This document shows positions 16,563-29,332 of a stretch of 64,000 nucleotides of DNA, piece after piece. The translations under genes were made by a program, and so were the position numbers. The DNA comes from the human T2T-CHM13v2.0 reference genome, Homo sapiens. How positions within the stretch are numbered: position 1 is the first letter of the stretch; each line of letters opens with the position of its first letter. Location: the NCBI RefSeq assembly GCF_009914755.1, contig NC_060925.1. The stretch is one strand, 5' to 3'. The notes below the pieces were generated by a model. That model ran no database searches. It was not told the DNA's origin and saw only the letters and a list, made by a program, of their open reading frames with translations.

Positions 16563-19500
16563 GCTAGTCTGAGTATGTTTCAATTATTTACAACTAAATA
16601 ATTTCCCATTAGTTGTTTCCTTTCTCAGAGACCCCTTTGCTTTCTGTCTCTCTCCCTTGCCTCTTTGTGACAACTGCCAAAGAATTAGCACGGTGTAAGC
16701 TGAGATGCCTGAGGACAGGGTTCCCCAGGGCATGTGAGCCTGTGCAAAGGAGCTTCTGCTCCAGCACGTGGATGGGGGAAGCCCTTACCTTCTCCATATC
16801 CTCTCTCCACACCCATGTTACCCCATACTCATGACTTGGCAGAGGAAGACCGAGTCCAGGCAGTTATTGGTTCCAACAATAGGCCGACATTTTACTTACA
16901 TCTTAAACCCTGGGTATTTCCCTTGGCTCATTTTAGAGCTCAGAAAAGCCATTCCACTATTTAAATATGGAAGAGTAACATATTTTAATAATCATACCCC
17001 GGGGCGCAGTTTTTCCGTTGCATGAAAATATAATGGTCAAAACAGCCCGCAGCCAATTGCAGAATTATGTAAAAGTAATGAAAAGAAATCAAAACCCACA
17101 CGCCTTCCATCACGCTAGACCACCTTTGCTGTCTTGCTAAATTTTCTGCTTCACACACTTTCTAGCCCAGGATAAAGATTGTGGAGTAGTTCATATCTTT
17201 ATTTCTAAAGAGCTTTGCCTATTCCAAAGGTGTTTTAGGAGGCTGAGTTACAGAAGGACCAGTCAATTGTTACAGAAGGACCAGTAGTGGAGTTTCCTGG
17301 ATCATCTTAACATCAGGGGAAGATCAGGGGTTACTTTAGGACAGAGGGTTGCAGACTCTGGGCTGGTAAGTAAATGATAGAACAGGCTGCAGTCAGGTAG
17401 AGAGCCTGGGCCCACTCTGGAGACTGAAGTGCCTTCTGTCATCTACATAATTGTTACCGTGTGGGAATCGGGGCCTGGTATTGGCAAATTTTATGTTTTC
17501 AATGCAACTCTTAACCGGAATCTTTATTTGACCCCTTCTACTTTGTAAATGCTGCAATAAATTCAGACTGAAAAGAACAAATCTGTAATCTAGGTATATT
17601 CTGGGGTTCACCAATTTGTGATTTCTCCCGCACCTTAACCCCCTAAAGGTCAACTCTGCAGGAACGAGATGGTTGGACCTAGAGAGGGAATCTTAACAGA
17701 AAGGGTGGTGTGATCATTCTCCATTCGTTTCCTGTCTCTTCCTGATCTGCCAAGGTCCTTCCCAGCTGACCTTTCTGTTTCCTCTGTTGCCCAACTATCC
17801 CAGCCAAGGTCAGGGTCATTCCCTTCTCTCCACTGTTGAACTAAGTTAAGAAGGAACTTTTCCTTAGGAACTTTTTCAGTTTAACTCTCATCACAGAAGC
17901 ACAGAAAATATGCTTAAGCCAAAAAGCCCAAGTAAAGAAAGCAGGGTAGGAAGGTTGTCTGGACAGAATGATCACATTTATGTAAAGATCGCAACCAAGA
18001 AATTGCACACAAAATTACAGGGAGAAGGGAACACAGCAAACTATTGACAGTGATTAACTCTGGGCATGGGAATAGAGACTGTTTATCCCCATCAACTTTC
18101 TTGTATGTTTCATGCTGGGAATGTGCTATTATTAATTTATAATGGAACACATTTTTTAAAGGAAATCTTACTTGGAAACTAAATGAGAAACATTTGAAAA
18201 CAGAATGTTCAATAGTGACATTTAGTGAGCATCGATTCTTTGATCAATAACCACAAGTGTTTTTTTTTAACTTATGCAATGGTAGGACATCTGATTTTAG
18301 CTGATCTAAAGGAAAAAACAGACTTGTCCCCTCCTCTCTGTCCCTTAGATGAGATTGTTGGCAGGAAAACTAGAGCTGCAGAGAGGCTGGGCTTGACGTT
18401 TCTCCTTGGAGTTGTAATAAGGAGGGATTGGAACTTGGACACTTGACTTAGGAGCAACTTCCAAGTTGACCATTAGACACAAGGATAGAACCTTTGCTTC
18501 AAGGGGTGGTTCCTTCCGTGAATACTTAAAGGAGTTAGAGATTGGGAGTCCCTGCTGTAAAAGTGGAAAAATAATAGTGCTCACTAATGTAGTTTGTGTG
18601 TTTTGGGTCATGTCCCATTGGGAACCAGCCCCTCCCCTGGGTGAGCTGCAAATGGCTATGGTCACTGGAGTCTTTGGGGCATGAGACGTTCTGCCCTAGG
18701 TTAGACAACTGCATTTACATCTTCACATTAAATATAGGCAGTTTGGTGCACCCAGTTCTTTTAAGCTGGCAGCAAAGGAATTTGAATGAACTCATCAGCT
18801 CTGTCCACATATTTGGATTTTACAGGATGATTTCCCAAACCACTTGGAACAATGAAGTGTGCCCTGATTTGTTTGCCACTGGATCTCAGCATGGAAGACC
18901 AGAGACTGGTTGGTTGCCCTGGTGCAGGCACCACATTAATGCCCTGGTGGTGGCCAGGCCCTGAATTTTTTAGCTGAGTAAAGATTTGTTCTCTTCCCAA
19001 GGATTGATGGCTAAGGAGCTCTGATTCACATCCTTCCAGAAGGCCGAATCCACATACCATTGATAGAGAACTTGCTTTATGCCAGGACTATTTGTTGACT
19101 TATATTTTAGGGTTGAGGGAGGCACTATTGTTGTTTGCATTTTACTGATGGGGAATTAAGCACAGAGAGGTTAAGTGACTTGTGGATCGTCACACAGCAG
19201 GTAACCAGTAGAGGTGAAGTTTTAACCCAGGCAGTGTTCTCCAGAGTCGTTGGTCTTGGGAAAATGGCTAACGGTTCACGTTACACCTCAAAGCCTGATT
19301 GATCCATTGTCATAGGCCACGTTCACATTTTACTCATTACAGTGACCAAGGATGTATATAAACACATGCAGCCGAAAGAAGGTCTGAGGGTTTGCCTGCT
19401 GGTACATTTCCAGACACACAGCTTTAAGCAGTATCTGTTTTGAAACAGACCAAATGTCAAGGCGACCAACAAAGCCTGTCAATTAGGAATGCCTCCCAGT

Positions 19501-20077
19501 GTGTGGTTTAGAGCTCAGAGTTAGGGGAAAAAATGCAGCGTGAACTGTGATAAGCTGAGATGGAGAGAAAAACCAGAAACCTCACTCCAACATCATCTTA
19601 TTTTAATAATTATCATGATCCCATTAATCCAAGAATATTTGGTACCTAATTATTTTTTATTTATACTTTGTAATGTAGTGTGCGTTGGTGGAATGACATT
19701 AGAGGGAAGAAAGTAAAGGTTAGGGAGACACCATTTATAGAAAAGCCAGGTACAGGGCTTGGCACCTAAATTCTACCTCATTTAGTCTTCTTAACTGTCC
19801 TGTGACAGTGGGTGCTGGTATCTTTCCCCCTCCACCCATCTTTTTTTTTTTTTTTTTTTTTTTGCTGATAAGGAAACTAAAGCCCAGAGAAGTTTAGTAA
19901 TTTTCCCATAGTCACACAGCAAGTAATTGACAGAAGTTACTGTATTTATGGGTGTGGGTATGTGGAAGGAAGTAGGCCAGCAGGTTTTGTGGGCCATGCT
20001 CAGTCATATAAAATTATGTCAAATACATATTAAAAATTTACAAGAAACATTAAACCAAATACATATTAAAGACTTAC

Positions 20078-20375
20078 GGCTGGGCACCATGACTCACACC
20101 TGTAATCCCAGCACTTTGGCAACCCAAGCTGGAAGGATTGCTTGAGCCCAGGAATTCAAGACCAGCCTGGACAATATAGCAAGACCTCACCTCTACTAAA
20201 AATTAAAAAATTAGCCAGGCAGTTGTCCCAGCTACTCAGGAGACTGAGGCAGGAGGATGGCCTGGGCCCAGGAGTTGAACCTGCAGTGAGCCATGTTCGT
20301 GCCACTGCACTCCACACTCCAGCCTGGGGGATAGAGTGAAACCCTGTCTCAAAAACAAACAGATAAACAAAAAAG
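20078..20375 (+). mobile_element. AluJ element
   Basis: GGATTGCTTGAGCCCAGGAATTCAAGACCAGCCTGGACAATATAGCAAGACC, diverged dimer. Confidence 0.92.
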
Positions 20376-22241
20376 ACACAATGGGACCAAGAGCCAACAG
20401 AAGGGTTTTCTGATACTGTATATGAGAATGTAGATCTACTTTCAGTATCTTTTGACTAAGAAAAATCCAACTAACATGGAGGCTATGATAATTCAATATT
20501 GCTTTACATAAATCTGCATTTTATTAGTCAGCAGGTTCCTGATGCATTGAAAACCATGCACATGTTTCTATTGCATTTAGAAACACTACCTATAGGTAGG
20601 GTAGTGCTTGGTGCTTTTCTGGGTTTCTGGACCATGTAATTAACACCAAGGGCCTGATGGGGTCCATGGCTCCCCAGGTTGGAAGCAAGTGGTTTAGGAA
20701 ATCAAGGAGAAAACAAATTGAATACTGACTTTCCCAAATGCTACCCATGCATATAGAGCAAGAAAGTGTGGTAGAGGGAGAGGAGAACCTACCTCCGCAG
20801 TGACTTTCCTAAAACTCCATGAATCTCAAGAATTCGGAGAAAGTCACTCAAGCTCATTCAACACATATTCAACCCAAGAGCATCATTAAGATAAAATCGT
20901 TTGCTCTCTAAATGACCAAATTAGGCATTGCAATTAGAGCACAAACACTTCCTGGTAATTCCTCATCTCATTTTCAACTTGCCATGCTTGGCTCTGTGAG
21001 CCTTTGAGAGAAAGAAGCCATTGTTGAAAATGGAATGTGATTTTCACTAGCTCCAGTGTTTAGGAGAAATATTTAGACTTATTTTGATGGCAGGAAGTCA
21101 TATAGCCTTCTCCATTCTGAGGATGGAGGGGTGAGTGGGGGATCTCTATACCTGTGAGTTTCTTGTCAGTTTGCCTGTAATGATTGGGGAGGTTTTCTTT
21201 AACTTTGACATCTGTCTTCCCTGGTATTTAGCAGGGATCAGAGGAATAGTGGATAATATGTGAGAGGTCACCCTGTCTCCTCTTAACTTTTCCTACCAGG
21301 TTGGGGAGGTTATTTGTGAATCATTAGAGGTCAGAGTTTAGCCCCATAGTGGACCCTGGAACTACGAATGTTTCTACAAGCAGGAATCACCTGGTACAAA
21401 ACCATTGACTCAGTCTTGAGGGTTTCATTCTATGGAAGCATTGTTGAAAAGAACAACATTTGACTGGATTTATTTTCCAAAATTTTGACTGGGGCTTTTT
21501 TCCCCCCACGAGAATAACTGCAGGGTCTAAGATGAACCGTGTGAGCTCTAGCATTAGAAGAAAAGACAAAGCATAATGTAGCTCATGAAGTTTTTATGGC
21601 TGGTTAATGCGTCTTAGTCTGCTGTGATTAAATGGCCAATGTGGCTCAATCTGGAAGCTTCCTACTCGCCTTCTAACTTCTTCACATAATAGACAGGTAG
21701 TTCGAATGATACCCATGATCCCACACAATCCTTTTGGGATGGAAATAGTCCCTGTAAGGGGAAAATCATTGAGCAGTTTGTAGTTTTTCAAATTTTACCT
21801 TCTTTTGCTTTAAATTAATTCCTACAGAACAGGACATTTTGGTACTGAAATGAGGTCTGTACAGGGCAGATCACCAGGCCATATGTGAGGGCCACCTTCA
21901 GGAATGAAAAATCAAAAACAAAACAAGCTAAGCAGCAGAAGACAAATTCTGTTCAGGACACTGCATCTTTATGTTTGCAAGGACTTAGCCCAGGCATGTA
22001 ATTTTGATCCTGTTATAAATCTGTGACAAGTGCTCTTCACTTTAAACAACTGGAGGCATCCCTGAAAAGTTGTGTGATATTTTTACCCAATTTGCTTTCA
22101 TTTAAAATTGCCATTTCAGAGTCATCATATTATCTTCATTCTTCATTATTTTTCACTTGACTGCAGCTTGGAATTTTTTCTACCTTCTTCCTCCTCCTGT
22201 TTCTCTGTCTCAGCATCATATATTTATGTGTTGGTTCATTC

Positions 22242-22838
22242 GACCACCCACCCACCCATCTGCCTATCCATCCACCCACCCACCCGCCCATCCACCTATC
22301 CACCTATCTACCTATCCGCCTATCCATCCACCCACCCACCCATCCATCTGCCTATACATCCACCCACCCACCCACCCACCTGTCCATCCACCCACCCACC
22401 CACCCATCCCCCTCTCCATCCACCCACCCACCCACCCACCCATCCGCCTGTCCATCCACCCACCCACCCACCCATCCACCTGTCCATCCATCCACCCACC
22501 CACCCATCCACCTATCCATCCACCCACCCACCCATCCACCTGTCCATCCACCCACCCACCCATTTACCTATCCATCTATCCACCCACCCATGTACCTATC
22601 TACTCTCCCCCATCCACCTATTCACCCATCCACCCACCCACTCATCCACCTATCTACTCACCCACCCATCCACTCATGCACCCACTCATCCACCCATCCA
22701 CCCACCCATCCATCCACCCATCCACCCACCCACCCACCCATCCATCCACCCACCCATCCATCTACCTATCCATGCACCCATTCATTCATCCACCCATCCG
22801 TTAATCCATCCATCCATTCATCCACCCATCCACGCATC
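22242..22838. repeat. (CCCA/CCAT)n imperfect tetranucleotide tandem repeat, ~600 bp
   Basis: Directly visible; source of the His/Pro-rich and Gly/Trp-rich spurious ORFs. Confidence 0.97.
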
Positions 22839-22884
22839 CAGAAAACATTTCATGCTTATGTGCCAGGCCATACACACCAGTTTA

Positions 22885-23072
22885 ATGATTTTCAAGTTGG
22901 GGAGATTTTGCTACCCCGCCCCCATGGCAATTGGGGACATTTTTGGTTGTCACAGCTGGGAGAGAGGGGGGTGCCACTGGCATCTGGCAGGTGGAGTCCA
23001 AGGATGCTGCTACTCATACTGCAGTGCCCAAGAAAGCTGGCCTAAATGTAATATGTCAAGCTGGAGAAATTC
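22885..23072 (+). mobile_element. MER20
   Basis: GGGGACATTTTTGGTTGTCACAGCTGGG...CACTGGCATCTGG...AGGATGCTGCTA. Confidence 0.75.
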
Positions 23073-23375
23073 TGCTGACTCCGGGATAAATAACTGAGTT
23101 CCTGACCATATGAAACTTACCGTCTTGCAGGGGAAGTGGACAGATAAACAGGGAGATTGTGCTGATGCTGCTGTTGAGGTCATAGGTGTTTGTGGTCATT
23201 TCTCCTTTGGAGGGTGGTTCAGAAACAAGTCCATTCATGGATCTGTGAAAAAATTCTTCTCTGGAGAGGTCCAGTAGGAATTGGAAAGTGAGGGAAAGAG
23301 GCTGGATGAACAAAGGGTCACAGGTGTAGGTTTGGGACACATTGTGGGGCCTGAAATTTGGAACCTTAAATGAGG

Positions 23376-23736
23376 CAGAGGTAATAAGCTCAGATGCCTG
23401 CAGGTGCCAGGTATGGTGGCAAGGGTAGCAATAAGTGGCAGTTGATCCAGCTCCCTGGGGCGTGTTGGGGCCCGTGGGAGACAATGGGGTCCCTGAAGGA
23501 GGCAGTGGCCACCCAGCCCCAGTCAGCTGGCTCCATCTGAGAATGTAGGCCCGGGGCGGCCAGACCGGTCTCAGTTTTCCATAAAAGCTGGAAGCCCGGA
23601 CTTTGTAGGAAATCTCCTGAGTTTTAAATGTGTATAACTCATCCCAGATTTGTTTAAAAGGATGAAAAACAAAAAACACTGTTCAAGCCAAACAAAACAC
23701 ACCCGTAGGCCACATCCCTCGGGGTTTTGACCTCTG
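23376..23736 (-). mobile_element. MER102-like hAT-Charlie element
   Basis: CTCAGATGCCTGCAGGTGCCAGG...GAAATCTCCTGAGTTTTAAATGT...GCCAAACAAAACAC...TGACCTCTG. Confidence 0.7.
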
Positions 23737-23901
23737 TTCTCAGGATAAAATGAGTCAAGGCTTGTAATACCAACATGGTGCCTGGGAGACAGTAGGCATT
23801 CAATAAATATTGGTTAAGAGTGAATAAAGGTTAAGTCAAAATCTGGCAATAAACCCTGAAGAGCACCTAAGGGTTCTCTAAAATGAATACTTTACCTAAA
23901 T

Positions 23902-24421
<520 letters not shown>

Positions 24422-25052
24422 TTAACTCAATGCCATGAGGAGTTTGCTGTAGTCTGTTGGTGGACAGTCAGCCGCAGGTAGAGAACCCAGAAAGAGGTCC
24501 CTAAATCCCCCCGCTGCCTCTCATGCTCTGCTGTATCAGTCCTGGGGAGGAACCAGGAGGAGAGGAGTTTCATGCAAAATAGCCCCCGCTTTAAGACTCA
24601 CTCACCTAAATTTACCTGTCTCCTTCCCACCCCAGCCCCCCACATTTCCAGGTCACACTGTGAGCCTCCTCTGCAGTGGAAAACAGGTATGTTCACCCCA
24701 GGATGGGCATCCACCTCCTCCTCCCTGGACAGAGATCACTTTGTGGCTGCTTTTGAGGCCTTTGGGATTTCGTCTTGGGCCTGGTTGCTTCTTTGGTTAA
24801 TGTTTACAGAAGCACTGTGCAAGACTGGACATGCTGGCAGCTTCTCACACCTCCAGCCCACCTGTTGGAAAAGGGCTGGAGGAATAGTCCCCTCCTCTCC
24901 AGGGATGCCAGCCTGGCCCATGTGTCCACAGGTACAAGGAGGACACTCTCACCCAGGTCTTGGATGGAATCAGTAATTAAAGCAACAGGGGGATTCTGGA
25001 GCAGCTGTTCATTTTGTTGAACAAGAGTAGCTGGGGGGCCCACTGACCCAGG

Positions 25053-25222
25053 CAAGTGGTTCTCAAACTTGAGTGAGCCCGAGAACCTCCTGGAGAGCCT
25101 GTTAAGCTGTTGGGCCCAGCCCCAGAGTTACTGACTCAGAAGGTCTGGGCCAGGGGTCTGAGGATTTATGTGTTCCGTGGTGCTGCTGCTCCTGGCCTAG
25201 GGGCTGCACTTTGTGAACACTC
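25053..25222. mobile_element. MER5A-like hAT-Charlie element
   Basis: AGTGGTTCTCAAACTTGAG...CTGACTCAGAAGGTCTGGG...GCACTTTGTGAACAC. Confidence 0.75.
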
Positions 25223-25862
25223 ATCTGGCCTCTGGTGAACACTCATCTGGCCTCTGGTGAAGACTCCAACCCCCTTCCTCTATCCATTTTCTCCCCAAGG
25301 CAGAGAAAGGAGGATGGGAGGCTAGGGGGTGTTTAGGAACCCACCTCCTCTGCTCTTTCTGGATTCTCTACCTGTCCACCAACAGACCACAGCAAAGTCC
25401 CATGGCATTGGGTTACATTGTAACTTGCTCCGCAAGTATGAGGCTGGTCCGATAAATTTATATCCCTACCAGCTTCTTCTTTTCATAATTATTTTTCTTG
25501 TCCCTTTGATAATGTGGTGCATTCAGGTGGGTCTCCGGGTCATTACAGTGAATTAGTGAAATCCCTCTTTATGGGTTTCTGTTTGTTGGAGCTTAACGGA
25601 GGTGGTTTAAATCACCAGCCGTCAGAATTGCCTTCTCCAGCAAGTGCTTGGATAATGCTTCATTATAAGCAGGCTTAGCTGCTGCGACAGATATAGATTA
25701 GAACAATTTGCTTCTCTGCTGATGGGGAAACTGTGACATGACATTTTGGTGGCTGTGGTACAGAGCTGTTTTCCAGAAAGGAAAAGCCTCTCGAACTTTT
25801 GCATCTACCGAATAATTCAGCTGTGTATGCTTACATGCTGCTACGGGTCTAGGGGTGGGAAG

Positions 25863-26308
25863 TGTGCCGAACCCCTGTCGACTCCAGTGGGGATGGCACC
25901 AGGTTCAAGCGGCCAAAGAAGGGACCCAGAGCCAGCAAATGAGACACAGGGTTTTACTGGGGGCTTACATACAGTGGAGAGAGCCCAGCAGTGGTGTGCT
26001 GGGCAGGGGAGCCGCAACAACTTGCTGAAGGCGTGCAGCTTATACAGCGTTTTCACTTGGCACCCTCCCCTTAACAACCTCTGCCTGGCAACCTTCATTC
26101 AACCCACACTTGGGACCTCCATCCCCTGTATAGCCTGTGTTCCATGGGACAGGATGGGGGCTCAGATGTTCCTCAGAGACAAGGAATGAATCTCTGGGAT
26201 GACCACTCCCAGATTCCCTAGCTCAGGACACACGTTCAGGCGCATCTGCCATACAAGGTCATTCTCGGGGTAGGCTTAAGGTATTGCTGTCAGATGCATT
26301 TGCCATCA
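25863..26308 (-). mobile_element. ERVL solo LTR, LTR47-like
   Basis: TG...CA termini; matches recalled LTR47 motifs (CTGACAGCAATA.CTTAAGC, GAGGAACATCTGAGCCCCC, GGGGTTCGGCAC on the minus strand); 5-bp TSD GGAAG/GGGAG. Confidence 0.7.
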
Positions 26309-26565
26309 GGGAGGGAGCTGCTCTCTCAGAGTCGGATGACCCACTTATCCCAATTTGCTTGGGACTTTTCTGGTTTCAGCAGTGACAGTTTCCGGTCCCA
26401 GAAGCCTTAGTTCCACCTAACCCAGACAGTGGGGTCAGCCTAGCTCAGAGGAGGATGCTGGCTGGAAACCCCAGGCAGGCAGAGCTCAGAAGTCTCAAGA
26501 TACCAACAATTGCCACCCAGTTTTGAGTACTTACGTGCCAGATGCTCAATCCTCATGTCTCACAT

Positions 26566-26951
26566 TGTATTAGTCCGTTCTTGCATTGCTATCAAGAACT
26601 ACCTGAGACTGGGTCATTTCTAAAGAAAAGAGGTTTAATTGACTCACAGTTCTGCAGGCCCTACAGTAAGCACGGCTGGGGAAGCCTCAGGAAACTTACA
26701 GTCATGGCAGAAGGCAAAGGGGAAGCAGGCACAGTCTTACATGGCCGGAGAAGGAGGAAGAGAGCCAAGGGGACGGCGCTACGCGCTTTTAAACCACCAG
26801 ATCTCGTGAGAGCTCACTCACTATCACGAGAACAGCAAGGGGGAAATTCATCCCCATGATCCAAGCACCTGCCCACCAGGCCTGTCTTCCAACACTGGAG
26901 ATTACAATTCAACAGGAGATTCGGGCAGAGACACAAATTCAAACCATATCG
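26566..26951 (-). mobile_element. MSTA-like MaLR solo LTR inserted in a MIR
   Basis: TGTATTAGTCCGTTCTTGCATTGCTAT...GCCTCAGGAAACTTACA...CAAACCATATC; TSD CACAT/CATAT. Confidence 0.9.
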
Positions 26952-27146
26952 CATATCATCCTTCAAACAATGCAAAATCGTGCTATTATCACCATTTTAC
27001 AGGCCAGGAAACTGAAGTTGGCGGAGATTCCTCTAGCTGGCAGAATGATTCTGGCCACTACACAGTCAGGCCACCAACCTAGGGCTGTCTTCTTCAAAGC
27101 CCATGGTTTTAGGGAGCACCTCCTAGGGTGGGGTGAAGAGAGAGGC

Positions 27147-27463
<317 letters not shown>

Positions 27464-29020
27464 TAAAATGCAGATTGGTGGACCTAGAGCTTCTGCTACA
27501 ATATATCAGGGGTAAGCTCCAAGAATTTGCATTTCTCACAAGTTTCCAGGTGATGCTGATGCTAGTGGCCCAGGGACCACACTTTGGGGACACTTAAGTA
27601 CTACCCCACTTGGGCTGTGTGAGTTGCCGCCTTTGCCGCACTGAGGACCTGAAGTTTAGGAGGCATCTCCCTATCATGAGCATTCCTAAAGGGTGGGATT
27701 TGTGCAGTCCTGTCATGAAGACTGGGGGCTCTTGGGCTGTGTCTTGGGCCCAGGACCAGACATGAGTTAAGCTCCTTGAGACAGGGACAAGTCCTTCTTG
27801 ATTCCAGGTGAACCTTCCCCATCCCCCCAGAGCACAGCCTGGAACCCAGTAGGCTCTCAGCAGAAATTGTGGAATGAATGAAATTCTCCCTGTCTCCTGC
27901 TCCTAGTGTTTGTTTGTTTGTTTTTTGTTAGTCTCCTGCTCCTAGTTTTTTGTTTTATTTTGTTTTGTTTTTTTAGTTAGCCCAAGACAAAGCTGGATTC
28001 TTGCTCAGGTGACACTCATGCCACGTGAAGTGGTCTATCTTGAGACCAAGGCGTGGAGTCCATAGGCACATGGCAGTGCAGGCACCTGGCGCTGGTGTCC
28101 CAGACCCTGGAAAAGTCAGTGTCCTTAGGCAAAGCAATTGCACCTGGAGTCTTGTAGCGACCTGTGTGCAGTAGGGCTGGGGAAGCCTTGAGAGGATCTG
28201 GAAGGGGGAATTTCCAAAGCACTTGTTAGGAGTGGAATCACAGCATTTATAAAACCCCGACAGAGCTGGAGCGGGACCTGCCACATCTTAGCTCTGTGAC
28301 CTTGGGTGAGTTTTTTCAAATTCTCAGTGCCTAGTGAAGATCATAACTAGGAGGGACCTGGGATACAGATGATACAGAAATTGTGTTTGGGACATAGTAA
28401 GCACTAAATAAATGTGAGCTGATATTTTTATGTATCATCATTATTATTCACTGTTTCACCAACTCTGAGCCTCAGTTCCTCTATCTGTGAATGGGAGTAA
28501 AATTCCTTCCCTGTAGGAAGGGGCAGTTATGTGAACCAATGTGTGCAAAGTATTGTGCACAGAGCCTGGGTCCTAGAAAGTCCTCGAAAAATGTCAGCTG
28601 GCCTCAGTACCTATAACCTTTCTACATCAAAGTCTTTTGAGAATCTGATAAAAACTGTGGACTTGGAAAATATATGTATATATATATATGACAACATTTT
28701 CCACTTTGGGACAGGGAGTTTGGCTCTCTAAGCCATCTCTTGAATCAGATTTAGAATCTCTGCAGTGGAAGGGAACTCACTTAGGCTAGTGTCCACTGGT
28801 GAGTTCTCTGCATCCCCACATTCCCTCGCCCCACCCTAGACTCCCCTACATGTGAAGCCTCCAGTGTCTTCACTACCAGGTTTCTCCACTGCGTGCTGCT
28901 TTAGGGCACTCCCAGCAGGATGCAGTTTACTGTAATTCACACAGGAATGTTTAAGAGACTGGCAAGAGCTTCCACTTTCACCTGCTTTCACGTTATTTAT
29001 GTTTTAAAAGAGGCTGCCAG

Positions 29021-29332
29021 GGCTGGGAGCAATGAATGGCTCACGCCTGTAATCTCAGCACTTCAAGAGGCCGAGGTGGGAGGATCACATGAGGCCACAG
29101 TTCGAGACCAGCCTGGCCAACATGGTGAAACCCCATCTCTACTGAAAATACAAAAATTACCTGGGCATGGCGGTGCACATCTGTGATCCCAGCTACTTGG
29201 GAGGCTGAAGCACAAGAATTGCTTGAACCCCGTTGTAGTGAGCCAAGATCCTGCCACTGCACTCCAGCCTGTGTGACAGATCAAGACTCTTGTCTTAAAA
29301 TAAAATAAAATAAAAATAATAAATAAATAAAT
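29021..29332 (+). mobile_element. Alu element (S/Jb-like) with a small right-arm deletion
   Basis: Dimer lacking GGGAGGCGGA after TTGAACCC; (TAAAA)n tail; TSD AAAAGAG(G/A)CTGCCAG. Confidence 0.93.

Noticed and set aside
22108-23097. 329-aa and 215-aa His/Pro-rich ORFs
   Set aside because: Translations of the (CCCA/CCAT)n repeat, which lacks stops by composition; no gene structure.
23056-23679. 207-aa minus-strand ORF
   Set aside because: Overlaps a MER102-like element; no coding features.
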